Counted from the whole stretch's first letter, positions 1-12,639 are shown. The stretch: 62,527 bases of DNA, filler included, from Porpidia crustulata (GCA_964255105.1; 9 parts of 9 records of this genome joined end to end with filler, not necessarily neighbours in it); one strand, 5' to 3'. Notes: generated from the letters alone by a model not told the origin. A program made the numbers and translations.

Positions 1-198
1 TCTAGATACCTACCGGTGCGTCCCCATCTATGCATTTGTATCTAGAGGAGCCGCCATTCCCAAAAAAATTGGGGGAAAATCGAAAAATTAGGGATTTTGC
101 GACAGTCTCGTCCTTGGTTCCTTACACTTTCCTAATCACTGGTGACCCTGTACCCCGGCCACTAACTCCATTGAACGGACCTCCCCCCCCGGGTCATC

Positions 199-3100
199 TC
201 ACATCTTCGGCGCCAACGGCTCCACATTCCAAATCATATCCGCATACTCGACAATACAACGATCGCTGCTAAAAAACCCCATGCGCGAGACGCTCGTAAT
301 ACATTTAGCGGTCCACTCGTCCTGGTCCTTGTAGGCCTCGTCGACGAGCTCCTGCGTCTTGCAGTAGCTGGCGAAGTCGTCGCTGACGAGGTAGTAATCG
401 CCGTGGTCGATGATGGAGTTGCAGAGGGCGGCGAAGCGGCCGGCGTCGCCAAAGGTGTTGGATTTGATGGCGGCGAAGACCTTGGCGAGGGCGGGGTCGA
501 GGGTGAAGGAGCCGTAGTTGTGGGCGTGGCGGAGGTCTTCGACGTCTTCGGCCAGGTTGCCGAAGAGGAAGATGTTGGATTCGCCGATTTCGCGGGTGAT
601 TTCGATCTTTTAGGGGGCGATTAGTTGGGTTGAGAGAAAAAAGGATCGTGGANNNNNNNNNNGTGGAGGACTTACGTTGGCACCGTCGCATGTTCCGATG
701 ATCAAGCCACCATTCAGGACAAACTTCATGTTACTTGTTCCACTAGCCTCCGTACCGGCGGTCGAAATGTGCTCGCTGATATCTGATGCAGGAGTAATGA
801 TCTCGGCCTTACTGACATTGTAATCCTTGATATAGATGACCTTGAGGAGATCCCCAATATCAGGATCATGGTTGATGACTTCACCAACGCTGCAAACTAG
901 GTGAATGACAGTCTTGGCCATCCAGTAGCCTGGAGCAGCTTTGCCGCCAAAGATGGAGACTCGGGGTGCAAGTTTCTTCCGCTCTTCTGGACTCATTGCT
1001 TTGATGGTAAGGTACCGGTGGATGACACCAAGTATGTTGAGCTGCTGTCGCTTATACTCATGTATACGCTTGACTTGGATGTCAAAGAGCGCATGGGGAT
1101 TGACAGTCACGCCCGTAGATTCCTTGATGTGCTCTGCCAATCGGACCTTGTTTGCAAATTTGATTTCTTGCCACTCCTTCTTAAAGTCCTTGTCGTCAAC
1201 GTAGTTCTCTAGCTTATTCAATAATGTCAAGTCGGTAAGGAATTCATAGCTACCGAGCTTGGAAGCAATAAGGTCAGAGAGACGAGGATTAGCCTGGTGC
1301 AGCCATCTCCGTGGCGTAATACCGTTCGTCACATTGGTGAATTTATCGGGACCATAGATTCTGACAAAGTCTTTGAAAATCGTAGTTTTGATGAGATCCG
1401 AATGTAACTCAGCAACACCATTGACTTTGTGGCTACCAATGATCGCCAAGTAAGCCATCCTAACCATCTGCGGCTGAGATTCCTCAATGACCGAGACTCT
1501 AGCAAGCATTTCGCGCTCTTTGGGAAACTTCCGCTCTACCATCTGAAGGAATTGCATGTTGACTTCGTAGATAATTTGGAGATGTCGAGGGAGAAGGTTT
1601 TGCATCAATGGAACAGACCATTTTTCCAAGGCCTCTGGTAGTACAGTATGGTTCGTGTACCCAAAGGTTTTGGTGACAATGTTCCAGGCATCATCCCAAT
1701 CAAGCCCCTCTAAATCAACGAGAATGCGTTGCAACTCCACAATGGCCAAGGTGGGATGAGTGTCGTTGAGTTGAATGGCTACTTGATCTGGGAAAGTTGA
1801 CCAAGCTTTACTCGACTTCTTGAATCGTCGGACAATATCGAAGAGTGAAGCGGCACACCAGAAGTATTGTTGCTTCAATCGTAGCTCTTTGCCACGCTCC
1901 AGGTTGTCGTTGGGGTATAGGACTGCAGAAATGGTTTCCGCGCGCTGTTGATCTGCAACGGAGCTCTCATACTCGCCCGCATTGAATTTCTGAAAGTCAA
2001 ATTCTCCAGCCGAGGCCTTGCTAGACCAAAGACGTAGGTTGTTCGTGGTTGCAGTCTGGTAGCCGGGAATGGGAACATCGTACGCAACGGCGTCGACAAT
2101 CTCTCCCCCTTCCCATACCACATTAAGTTTACCATCCTCATTCCTGAAAAGTCAGCCTGGATTATCCTGATTCCTTCTGCTATACTCACTGGTATTTCCG
2201 GACATAGCCATAAAACTGAATGTCCACAGTAATATCATGTCGAGGGAATTCCCAGGGGTTGAAATCAAGCCAGTAATCTGGTATCTCAACCTGATAACCG
2301 TCTATAAGCTCTTGCTTGAAGATCCCATACCTATAACGAAGGCCATAGCCCCACGCCGGATAGTTCAATGTTGCCATGCTATCGAGAAAACAAGCAGCAA
2401 GGCGTCCAAGACCACCGTTTCCAAGAGCGGCATCGTGCTCCTGTGATATAACATCCTCGATACGAAAGCCTAGATCAGCGAGGCCAGCTGATTGAAGCAT
2501 TAGTACCTAGAACTTAACAAAAGGCGCTTTCCATACTCTTGGCAACGTCTTTCAGCCCAACATTCAACATCGCGTTGTCCATCGCTCTTCCCATCAAGAA
2601 TTCTAGAGAAAGATCTAGGACACTATTAGCTACATCTTCCCACCATTTCACTCCTCAGCATACAGTATACACGTTTCTGGTCTGAGAAAGTCTGTCGCTG
2701 CTGCGTTCTGTTCCATTCTATGACGAGTCTATCTCGGAACGCAAGAGCAGCACCGGAGTACGCGGCTCTAGATTAAGGTCAGAGGGCATTGGCGGAAGGA
2801 GTCAAGAGCTTCTTACAGCTCGTCACAGTTGAACAAGGATCGTGCGAGAGTAGTTTCAATGTGGCGAACCGTCTCATCCTAATTTATCCGATTAATATCG
2901 AAGCTATTTGAGAAACGACGTCCAACATACCTCGAATTGCTCCTTAGTTGTGAAGCCTTGTGCAGACTTAAACAACGGTCAGCATTTGCCTCGGTTTTCT
3001 CTTTCGACAAGTAGCTTACGTGTCTCTTCCATCTACAAGTCAATTGATCAGCTATGGAAGGGCGGGTCCGGACTGATCAGGACTCACGCTGCCCTCTGAG

Positions 3101-3260
3101 GCTCTGGTATGCTTGCCTCGACGCTCTTGATGTCAGCGGCACCAAAGCCAGTAACGGTCCTCTTGTGCTTTGGTCTTGTAAATTCCGGACCCACAGGACC
3201 TTTCAATTCGGAGATGGGGGCGCTGGTGGACGCCTTCCTCTCTCGAGTTTTAGTAGCCAT
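199..3260 (-). CDS. GPH1: Glycogen phosphorylase (multi-exon)
   Basis: Spliced reading from MATKTRERK (ATG 3260) to ...[11 protein letters not shown] (stop 199-201). Motifs [34 protein letters not shown] and [10 protein letters not shown] (PLP lysine). Canonical introns; a small N gap lies in the last intron. Confidence 0.97.
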
Positions 3261-4673
3261 TGTCACGGATGGTTTGAAGCACGCAGCAATCTGTAAATCA
3301 GCTTTAGATTTAAGACTCAAATACTAGGGTAGGCAGGAATGCAAAGCTTATTGGAAAATAATTTCAAAAAACAAAGGAATAAATATTAATTGTTGAGCAG
3401 GCCAACCGTTAGCGGGTGGTTGAATCCTGCAGGCACCATAAAATACAATTAAAATACAGGGGTCGATAGCTTATCGGAAGGTGGGGGAAAACAAGGGACT
3501 ACCCCGCACTTGTCTGTTAATGGACTAGGCAAGCAAATCTCATTGTCTTTGCTCGGTGAGTCCCGTCGCGTATGTTCAGACTCTTCCGAAATCTCTGTTT
3601 TCTGAGTGTGGCTTTCTCCTAAGCTCAGACGTATGAAAACTGCTCTATCTGACTGAGTTTCATTGGCGGCGCTTCAACTGAACAGTTAACTTACGTGATT
3701 GACCCATGCTGCATGAGCGCTTTCAAATCCCTCTCTACTCTTTCTTTGTATTGATTGATCGGTTCTTGTCCGCTTTCAGACGTCCTTTTTCTTTCTGCTG
3801 ATTACTTCTCCATGTTGCTCAAGTACGTGCATCTATCCAGTAGTTCGATCCCTGCATATATGGCAAGGTTTGGAGAGCCTCATCAGCTCGTACTGTTGTA
3901 TACATATCCCTAAGTCTCGAGGTCTCACCCATTTGAAACCCCGTCATTCATGTCCTTACTACACTATTTGAAGATTATAAATCGATCATGAGATGGCTAG
4001 AAGTCAGCTGCAGGATGCTGGTACTTCCTCAACGAGTCAGTCAGTGTAGCAAACCTTGAATCGAAAGAGATTCGTGTAGACTGCAGTCGAGCTTCGTCAT
4101 TTATCCAAAACGGTTCCGGATGACCCTGATAGGCATTTCCAGGCATGAGTGATCATTGGTAAGAACTCATTAGAAGAATGCCAACTAAAAATTGGCTGTT
4201 GAAATTGAGCAGCGACTCGCAGACATTCTAGCCCTCGCTGCCGCAGCTGTAGAAGGCGTTAAGGCAATATCTGCCGTCGGACTTGATTGAGTAAGCCTTG
4301 GGAACCCATATTTTCATTATTCGCCTCACAACCAACGAAAATGTCTTGCAGGATTTGCCAAATATATCCGAAGCCGAATTTGTTTTGCTTAGCAAAACTG
4401 CTCAAAGAAGTGTGTCGATAGTCCAGAACCGGCTGTAAACATTAGAGCTATTGCGTGAAGCACGTATGGGCCAGCTGTATAAACGAGCAAGAATTCATAG
4501 GCGATTGCAATCCAAGCATTGGAAACGATCAGATTATCGAGTGTCACGTAGTAGGAAGGCTGAAAGTTAGATCTCCTACTCGAGTCGCTGAACAGTCATT
4601 CTAAATCAATTCGTGGCTGCAAATACAGTATAGCATAATAATCATAGATCTATTTCTGCAGTATCCTTAATCT

Positions 4674-5606
4674 CTATAATTGGGATGCCATTGATTGGCC
4701 ATTGGCTGGTACCGTACTGGATCCGACGAAAAAGTACGGGAAAACGTCCCGGAGTTCCTCTAAATCACGGATCTGATATTGTGCAGCCTTTGAGGTAGGC
4801 TCTGGATCATCGTGTTCGAGTTTGTGCACAGTTTTCCAGCCGCGAGCGAAGGCATGGTGGCAATTGAGATGTGAATCATCTACCACTTGCGAATCAGTAA
4901 TAATAATTGTCTATGTATTCTTCAAAGAGTCTCACCAACAAAATAACATTCTTCACTCGAAGAAACCCCGGCCTCCTGTTCTGCCTTGTCGTACATCTCT
5001 TCGTAAGGTTTACAGACAAGGGGTAACTTAGTATAATCGCAATATGTAATACCTTCGAACAAATCGTCTACCCCTAATAATTTTACTACCCGCATGCCGT
5101 GCGTAACATGTGCATTTGTGAAGAGCCAAGGCTTGACTTTAGTCCTATCGATGTCTTCGAGCAGTTTGCGCAGTCGAGGATCGGGTGTTATAAAGTCGTC
5201 TAAAGGAAGCGCATCGTCTACTTTTCGATTGTATTCTATTGGATCGACCTTGTGGTGCTTGACGAGACCTGATATAGCCAGACCGTAGTCTTTATAATAT
5301 CGCAGATGAAGCCGACTAGCATCCTCGGGTGAAAGCGAAAGATGGTGGATGAAGTATTCGTCTATCAAAGTCAGATCGTCGCCATTGACAGGGCATTCGA
5401 GAGGTGTACTAATCAGATCATGCATTAAATCGTGGACTCTTCTGCCTGGACATTGATCAGATTGCACGTAATGGGTCGGTGTTCTCTTGCTCACTAACTA
5501 CGAGGATACAGCTGGCACAAATGTTAGCAGAGTTTAACCAACAAGCCAAAGCCGGTTTACTCACGCAGTTGTCAATATCGAAGAAGAATACCGGCCTACC
5601 TGCCAT
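4674..5606 (-). CDS. HAD-family pyrimidine 5'-nucleotidase (SDT1/PHM8-like)
   Basis: Spliced MAGRPVFFFDIDNC/LYP (HAD motif I), YYKDYGLAISGL, WLFTNA, CKP and FVDDS..NC..A..RGW. Includes a 13-nt micro-exon. Confidence 0.92.
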
Positions 5607-5979
5607 GATGTTTCGAAACCCCCTTGCGAAGGAACGTTACAGCAAATAAGAGAGTACACTTTGTCTCATCAACCGACAGCCCGTACCCAGCGATTTGCAA
5701 AGACAATAGTAAGGAAGCGTAAGAGTATAATGTTTTCCTGCCATGGCTCAAATATTGATCGATTTCGTCTCAAGCTCGGGACATCATGACTGAGTGTGAG
5801 ACCAATCTGGCGCTAATACCAGTACGGACAAGCGGTCGATCAACATTCTAAGGCATCGCAACTTTCACTTCATCGCGCTCAGCACGCGAATCAACACTGC
5901 TGGGTTAGAACCACTGGGTACAAGAGACCGATCGGTCTGTAACCCATAGCCTTCTAATAGCAGTATCTTGGGCTGTGAC

Positions 5980-6883
5980 ATGGCTGCGATCAAAGCTGTT
6001 GCTCCTCAAAGCAATGGCCTTAAGCCGTCTGACCAAGTGTCGAAAGAGATTGCTGAATATGAGAAAATCCTCACATTACGCGATGAGATTTTTGCAAATA
6101 CTCACCCGCGACTAAAATTATCAGCGCAGGCTCTCGGACCAGGTAGTTCTCGTCCTATTGAACTGTCGCCCGCCGTACCAGCTCCTCGAATTCCAAATGG
6201 GATTGCTAAGCTGCCCGAGGCGACATCCCCTGCTGCAAGTCTCTCAAAAGACCAACATGCTCCAGCTTCTCAGCCAAGCATCGCCCCACAGAAATCGCCA
6301 AGTACTCAAAAAGCACCCGTTTCAAATTCGGGAGCTCCTGGGATTGATCCTATTTTCTTGACAAAATCTGAGGTTCTTGTCAAGGCAGAATTACAGCAGA
6401 AGAGACATCGCCTTGAGCGTACTCTAGAGGAACAGATGAACCAGAAAAAGTTCAAGGCCAGGCAATATACTTTCGATCAAGATGCCATTCCAGATTTTGA
6501 TGTCACAGATGTACTAAGGCAGGCACGAGAGCTCGTAAAGCCTTTGAGAGCACCAGATTTCCATGGCGCTAACGGAAGTGCTTCCAGTGACTCGTGTGAC
6601 GAGAAGACGTTCTACTCAAGCGAAATGAATGATTCTACAACGCAGCAAGTAGACAAATCAGATACATCCCCTAGATGGCGCTCCAGCAAAGCTTGTAATC
6701 ATTTCATTGACGGACAGTGTCCTTATGGGGAGGCGTGTGTATTTTCCCATGATCCCGCTTTAAAGCGTGCAAAGGAGACACAGGGGCCTCAAGCGATGGA
6801 TATCGACGTTGTCAACACTGACAAACAGGTGACCCCTCGAACACACGATAGCATGCAACAAGTACCAGCTAGCCCCCACCCCC
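5980..6883 (+). CDS. CCCH zinc-finger protein, 3' truncated by contig end
   Basis: Long ORF with CNHFIDGQCPYGEACVFSH (C-x7-C-x5-C-x3-H) and a conserved-looking GIDPIFLTKSEVL...KRHRLER block. Confidence 0.8.
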
Positions 6884-6983
6884 NNNNNNNNNNNNNNNNN
6901 NNNNNNNNNNNNNNNNNNNNNNNNNNNTTAATTAATTAANNNNNNNNNNNNNNNNNNNNNNNNNNNNNNNNNNNNNNNNNNNN
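6884..6983. other. Artificial contig linker (N-TTAATTAATTAA-N). Also at 13851-13950, 20815-20914, 27778-27877, 34738-34837, 41694-41793, 48646-48745 and 55588-55687
   Basis: Identical 100-nt spacer with stops in all six frames; genes are cut at each one. Confidence 0.99.
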
Positions 6984-7214
6984 GGGTTGATGAGATTCGG
7001 CACAGTACGGAGTTGCGCTTGCCAGGTGTTGTCGAGCATGAAGTGGATGGATATTATTTGTACTGTCCAAGGATGGACTAAGTCAGTAAGATCGTTCGGA
7101 GTTGGTGTTGTGTGTCTGTGTATCAAACGTACTGTCATCTGCTTCTTGCAGGCTTTGAGCTTCTGCCCTCGTCATCGGCGTGAACTTGTCTTCCAGGCCT
7201 CTTGACTTCGGCAT
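6984..7214 (-). CDS. 5' part of a hypothetical spliced gene, truncated by contig end
   Basis: ATG at 7214 gives MPKSRGLEDKF...EADD, then intron GTACGT...TACTGAC...CAG, then in-frame IQIISIHFMLDNTWQAQLRTVPNLINP. Confidence 0.55.
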
Positions 7215-7373
7215 GCTTATCGCCTTAGGGTATTCGCCCAATCCACTGGCTCATCCGTAGCCTCTCCTACTAAATTCTCTTCCTCGGTCTCGAAGCCTTG
7301 ATGGGAAAAGACGTATTGTAAAAATCGTCATCATTGACGTTAGGTAGCTTTTTTTTTGCGATCACACTCAGCC

Positions 7374-8344
7374 CTAATCAACCTCTTCTCCATTGTCGTC
7401 TCTTTCTCTAAGCCCCAAGGTCCAAATCGCTGGCTTCTCCGTATCCCCTACGATTAATCCTTCCTCTCCCCTCCCCAGCATCCCCCAGATCTCAGCCTTT
7501 GCCCCTCCTACCCTGCCAATCCAGCTTGTCCCTGCATACCTCGCATCCGGTTCTTCTTCTCCACATCTATTCGCTATCGCTACAATAGTATTTTTCCCCG
7601 CATCCTGCATCAGCGGCTTCAGGCGTCCCAGCCAGTATGCTAGCGTATCGAGATCTGGTTTCGCAGGTTCGGCTTGCAAAATAGGAGAGGGCATATTTGT
7701 GAGCCAGGCCATGCTTAAGACAAGAAGCTCGCTACTGGATGAGATGGCGTGGTTGGAGAATTCATAAGCCGAGTATGGTGCAACGAACTTGTGCGGGTTG
7801 AGGTCCATGCAGATGCCCAAAGTTGCGTTCACTGTTCGCAGCGGGCTTTTCGACGTAAGCGGAAGTGACGCTGTGAGCCAGCCGGTAGGTGATTCCTGCG
7901 CCCATGTCTCATCCGTGTAGTAGAGATGCGTTTTACGATAGTGGGCGAGGGTTTCCCCCGTGGGCGAAACGGTGACGGTGGAATTGTAGGCTATCAGTGG
8001 AGAGCTCGGGGTCGCTGGAGAGAAAAGTTCCGGGTAGCCAACTGAGACAATACATTGGAGGCGGGCAGCAGTTGATTTGGCCCTTTGCGTTGAAGGTCCG
8101 GCGGCTGTGGGCTCGAGATAAGGAATTATGGCTTCTAGGGAGGGGAAATTGTAGCCTAGATGGTTAAATCAGTGAGATGGTTGGTATTGTAGGCGCGGAG
8201 AGGCAGACCTGTGAAAGATAGCTCGGGCAGCATCAGGATATCGAGGGTTTGAGGTGGTGACGCATTGAGGAGAGCGTCTGCTCGAGCTATATTTTCATTG
8301 GCTTTGCCTAGCTGGGGAGCAAACTGCAAGCAAGCGATGTGCAT
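7374..8344 (-). CDS. NTA1: Protein N-terminal amidase (nitrilase/CN-hydrolase fold)
   Basis: MHIACLQFAPQLG...LMLPELSFTG/YNF, HYRKTHLYYTDETWAQE, LGICMDLNP and LSMAWLT; Glu-Lys-Cys triad present; one intron. Confidence 0.93.
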
Positions 8345-8673
8345 TTCAGATGAGGAGCTTGTGGGATTCTGGGAATTAGATATAATAAACTTATCTGCCT
8401 GTGAGAGGACACGCCTAGACAATACATATGCCAGAATACTACATATTTGGAATCTGGTGGCAACTTCGGTTCTTCCACTCCAAGCTCCATATTCGATAAA
8501 AACAGCCTCCACCAGGCAAATTCATTCCATCGCTCGGTAACGTTGAGAGGACAAGAAGAGCTGAGGAATACATGTTGGAGATAGCTGATCACCCCAGCAA
8601 GCCACATCTACTTGACTTCCAACATAACCATGAAGATTCGTCCACCAACATTGACATCCACCCCGCCAAGCAA

Positions 8674-9214
8674 GATATCGCTGTATTTAAAAGTCTGGTC
8701 CCGATTTTAGAAATTAGCGAATCTCATCGAAAAAATAAGCAAATCTGCTACATTTGCTTTGCACCGCGTTTCGCACTTCAGACGTTCAATTATTTTACAA
8801 TCTGAAGCGACAGAAATAATGGTTTACATATGCACATAAATTAAACACCCAATCATAAATTATAATTCTTTAAATTCAATGCGTTGTGAACGTACGAACT
8901 CAGTTGCATACGAAATAAATTTGATCAAATTTTTTTTCAAATTTTTTTTTTTAGCAAATCGAGCAAATTTGCTTCAGATGCATTGCATTTCGTGCGTACA
9001 CAACGCATTACATTCAACAAATTATGATTTATAATTGCGTATTTAATTTACACGCATATGTAAATCATTATTTCTGTCGCTTCAGATTATTGAACAACTA
9101 AACATCTGAAGTGCGAGACGCGGTGCAAAGCAAATTTTAGTAAATTTGCTCTTTAGCTCGATGGGATTCGCTAAATTCAAAAATCGGGACCAGACTTTTA
9201 AATACAGCGATATC
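8674..9214. mobile_element. Foldback element / MITE made of two ~260-bp inverted arms
   Basis: The left end GATATCGCTGTATTTAAAAGTCTGGTCCCGATTTT is the exact reverse complement of the right end. Arms align to a central T-rich point. Probable TA target-site duplication (gaTA...TAtc). AT-rich, no transposase. Confidence 0.88.
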
Positions 9215-9737
9215 CATGAACCGCCACTCCGCCACTACTTCAATCTGTCTAGATCCATCATTTTGTCACACCATTTACCCTTCGAACGTTGCTAATGTAT
9301 GACTATTTACAGCCTGGCAAGAACGACAAGAAGCAAACGAAGAATGACGCCACGGTTCAAGATTTTCTCAATAACATTGTGGCAGAGGATCTGAATAGAT
9401 CGAGATGGGCGCCTCCTAGGACTTAGAATCGGGTTCACGGAAATGGCAGATCCGCCAGGCCAGTTCCACATCGAGACCATGAAAGACAGCACAGGGAGAT
9501 ATTTCGCGAAGATGGTAGGGACAAAGGATGGAAGTGTGGTGATCGATGACGGAAAATTGGCAAATGGGCGTCCTTCTGCTCAAATTCTATCGGTCGTAAA
9601 GGCAAAATATCGTCGAGGCTCTGAAGGGACTTTCCGGAGCAAAGTGACTACGTTTGGATATGCTTTAAAGAAGGAAATGATATGACATGTGGGAGAAAAC
9701 TTAAACACTACCATTTTCTAGGTATCGACTGCTCCTA

Positions 9738-10660
9738 CTAGAAGTCTCTGCATTTCGTACATGTACAAAGAAAATGGTACGAAGGCCGGTATTTAAATGC
9801 TCCATTCAGCTTATGCGCCATCACATACCCAATGGCGCCTTCCTCATCCTGTCCCCACTTTTCATGCTTCCAATCTTCTTCCGATTGACCTGTTGCCCGG
9901 AATTTACACTGAGCAAAATCAATAATGACGACTTCAGATTCCGAGAAACTATCACGCCTTCGTATCAAGACATTACGTGGCTTGACATCCTCGTTCAGAA
10001 TCCCGTGATCGCTGATTAGGTTGACAGTACGAATGGTCTCGTCGCAGATACGCTGCCAGGACGATTGGGGTGCGTATTTCGCGAGCTCCGCGAGGCTATA
10101 CCCCGGGATAAACTCAAGCAAGATGCCTCGAACTTCGAAAAAGGCGTTTGAGGTGGTAAAAGCGTCAAGACGAACATCGGCGAAGAATTGAGGAACGTAT
10201 CTCCCTTGGAGATCCTCAAGACGACTATAGGCTTCTACTTCGCAACTATGGAGATCGCGACAGTAATCAAAGAGGAAAGCCTCGTTACGGGCCGTATCCC
10301 ACAGTTGGCCGTCGATACTGTTGGGATCCTCCAATGCCGAAATAAATGTCTTTGCGCCACCCTCCTCGACGAATGATCGGTACATATCCTCATGATATGG
10401 ATCCCATTGACCAACCCCATGATCTCGGCGCAATTGCGTTGCGTATCGCCAGTCAAAGAGCTTCAAGATCGAAGGCTTTGTAGACTTTGTAGAACCGGAA
10501 ACCGCCAGGACGTCGACTTCCATTACACAGGACAAGGTATTCGGCTGGATGAGGCGTAAAATTTGAAATTTGATCGTATGCTGCTTCGGGGGACGCTTAG
10601 AATCAGAGTCTTGCTCTCCTCGTAAGGCGATCTGTAAGGGAAACAGTCGTTGTCGTGCAT
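9738..10660 (-). pseudogene. Fungal protein-kinase-like fold gene with an apparent 5' frameshift
   Basis: ILKLFD, EVEAYSRLEDLQGRYVPQF, GILLEFIPG, NEDVKPRNVL and VIIDFAQ. The ATG-10660 frame (MHDNDCFPYRSPYEESKTLILSVP) joins KQHTIKFQIL only if one C is added to the C5 run near 10590. Confidence 0.7.
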
Positions 10661-11426
10661 GGTTGATTTGAGCCAGAGTGATGGGATCGATATTTTATCA
10701 TTGTGCAGAATGAGAATCGGTAGCCAATCTAAGTAGAACGACAGGCTTACAGAGGAGAGGTTGTTGGACTACTTAGGTTACCTCATGCTGTGGTGTGTGG
10801 CAGCCCTAAATTTATGCCGCCACCAAGCCTATGTTGCCCGTTGACCACCACACCTCCACACCTCCTTCTTCGCCGTCAGATTTGAAGCAGGGTGCGAGAT
10901 CTGGAGCAAGGAGCTAGCACTGGAGCAAACTGTAAGAACTTGAGCAAAGTGACAGAAGGTCAGCGAGGAGGACTGCGGCATGCGGCGATACTGTTATCAA
11001 AAAAAAAAAACAGGGCCGCCTTACACAATCGTGGTTGGAGTTCTCAGTTAGGCAAATAATGTGACACCTCAGCTCAAGGATTCAGTCGGCAGCAGGTGGC
11101 AGGCTTCCGAAAGGCGCAGTGGGGTTTGTGTTACATGATCCCTTGTATCCAGTCAAAATTGCGATCAATGGCTGCATGGCAATGGGTGGCCTACAGCCTT
11201 GAGCTTCGGTGTGCATATGGCTTGTAGGAGGGCAATAATATGCGGGCTCTTCGAAGAGATATGCAACATTGACTCATCTTCTCCTTCACAAACCCCACCC
11301 GTCTATATTAAACGCTCGACCTGCACCTCTGTCCTTGTTCATCTGTCCCTAGTGTGGCTTTCAATTCTTGCCTCTCGCCGCGCTTTCTTTCAATTCAGGA
11401 CTCACTCTGGCCAGACAGCGGACACG

Positions 11427-12639
11427 ATGCGTTTGATCAACACATCAACATATGCTTTGCAGGAATCCGTCTGCAGCTCAGAGTATGCTATCCTTTCCCA
11501 TCGATGGATCGAACCCGAGGTCACGTTCAAAATCCTCGGTTCTGCCGACTGGCGCGCTTCCAATTTAGACACACCACAGATGAAGAAGTTCAGAGATGCT
11601 TGCACCAAAGCGCGAGAGCGAAAGCCGCCACTCGAGTGGCGTTGGGGTGGATACCTGCTACATCGACAAGACCAGCTCCGAAGAGTTGACGATTTCGCTC
11701 AACTCGATGTTCGAATACTATCACAGGGCCGCTGTGTGCTATGCCTATCTGTACGACGTTCCTGACCTCAAAAGCCTGGATCCGAAGCAGTCGAATCAAA
11801 AGTCTATGTGGTTTGAACGCGGGTGGACGCTATAGGAGCTGTTGGCACCGAAAAACATGGAGTTCCACGCTCAAGATTGGAATTTGATGGGTACGAGAGA
11901 GGGTCTTGCAGACATTCTACACTTAGCGACTGGTATTGACAAGAGATACCTCACCGGTGCTGGTAATTTCAAGCAAGTCAGCGTCGCGACCCGGATGAGT
12001 TGGATGGCTGGCAGGACTACGACTAAGGTTGAGGATATCGCCTACAGTATGCTCGGTCTCCTTAACGTCAACATGCCTATCGATTACGGCGAAGGTGCCA
12101 AAGCCTTTATCAGGCTGCAGAGAACACTAATGGAGAATTCGACCGATGAGTCCATCTTTGCTTGGACAACACCGACCAAAGGGCTGGTATGCTACCGAGA
12201 TCACGGTCAGACTCCAAAGTGGGCCCCCCAAAGCTGGGGACTCCTAACACCCTCGCCTGATTGCTTCCAGAGATATGGCGATCTAGTTATACTCAAGGAA
12301 AAAGTCGTCCCGAGACTCGCAGGCGGATACAGATGGACGCAAATGGGTGTACAGTTTCATATGCCCTTCAGAGGCGGGACGGAGGTGATGAACGTATTCG
12401 GACTGCCTAAAACGGAAGTTACCCTACCGTTGAACTGCTGGAGATATGGCGTCAATGGAGGGCCACTGACCATTAACATCGAACTCGTGAAAGACGGCAA
12501 CGTATATAGACGTGTTCAGTGTAAGGACTTGGGCCAGAAAAGAGGCGCGAAGCCGAAGACCAACACAGTGATTGGATTCGATCAAGGCCTCACGACATCC
12601 CTTACTATCGCACAGCCGGAATTCGATCTCTTTGCCTGA
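11427..12639 (+). pseudogene. HET (heterokaryon incompatibility) domain gene, disrupted
   Basis: MRLINT...YAILSHRW...W/VDTCYIDKTSSEEL..SLNSMFEYY..A.VCYAYLYDV...WFERGWTL*ELLAP...RMSWMAGRTTTKVEDIAYSMLGL. One extra G near 11645 and TAG at 11833 in place of the conserved Gln. Confidence 0.9.
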
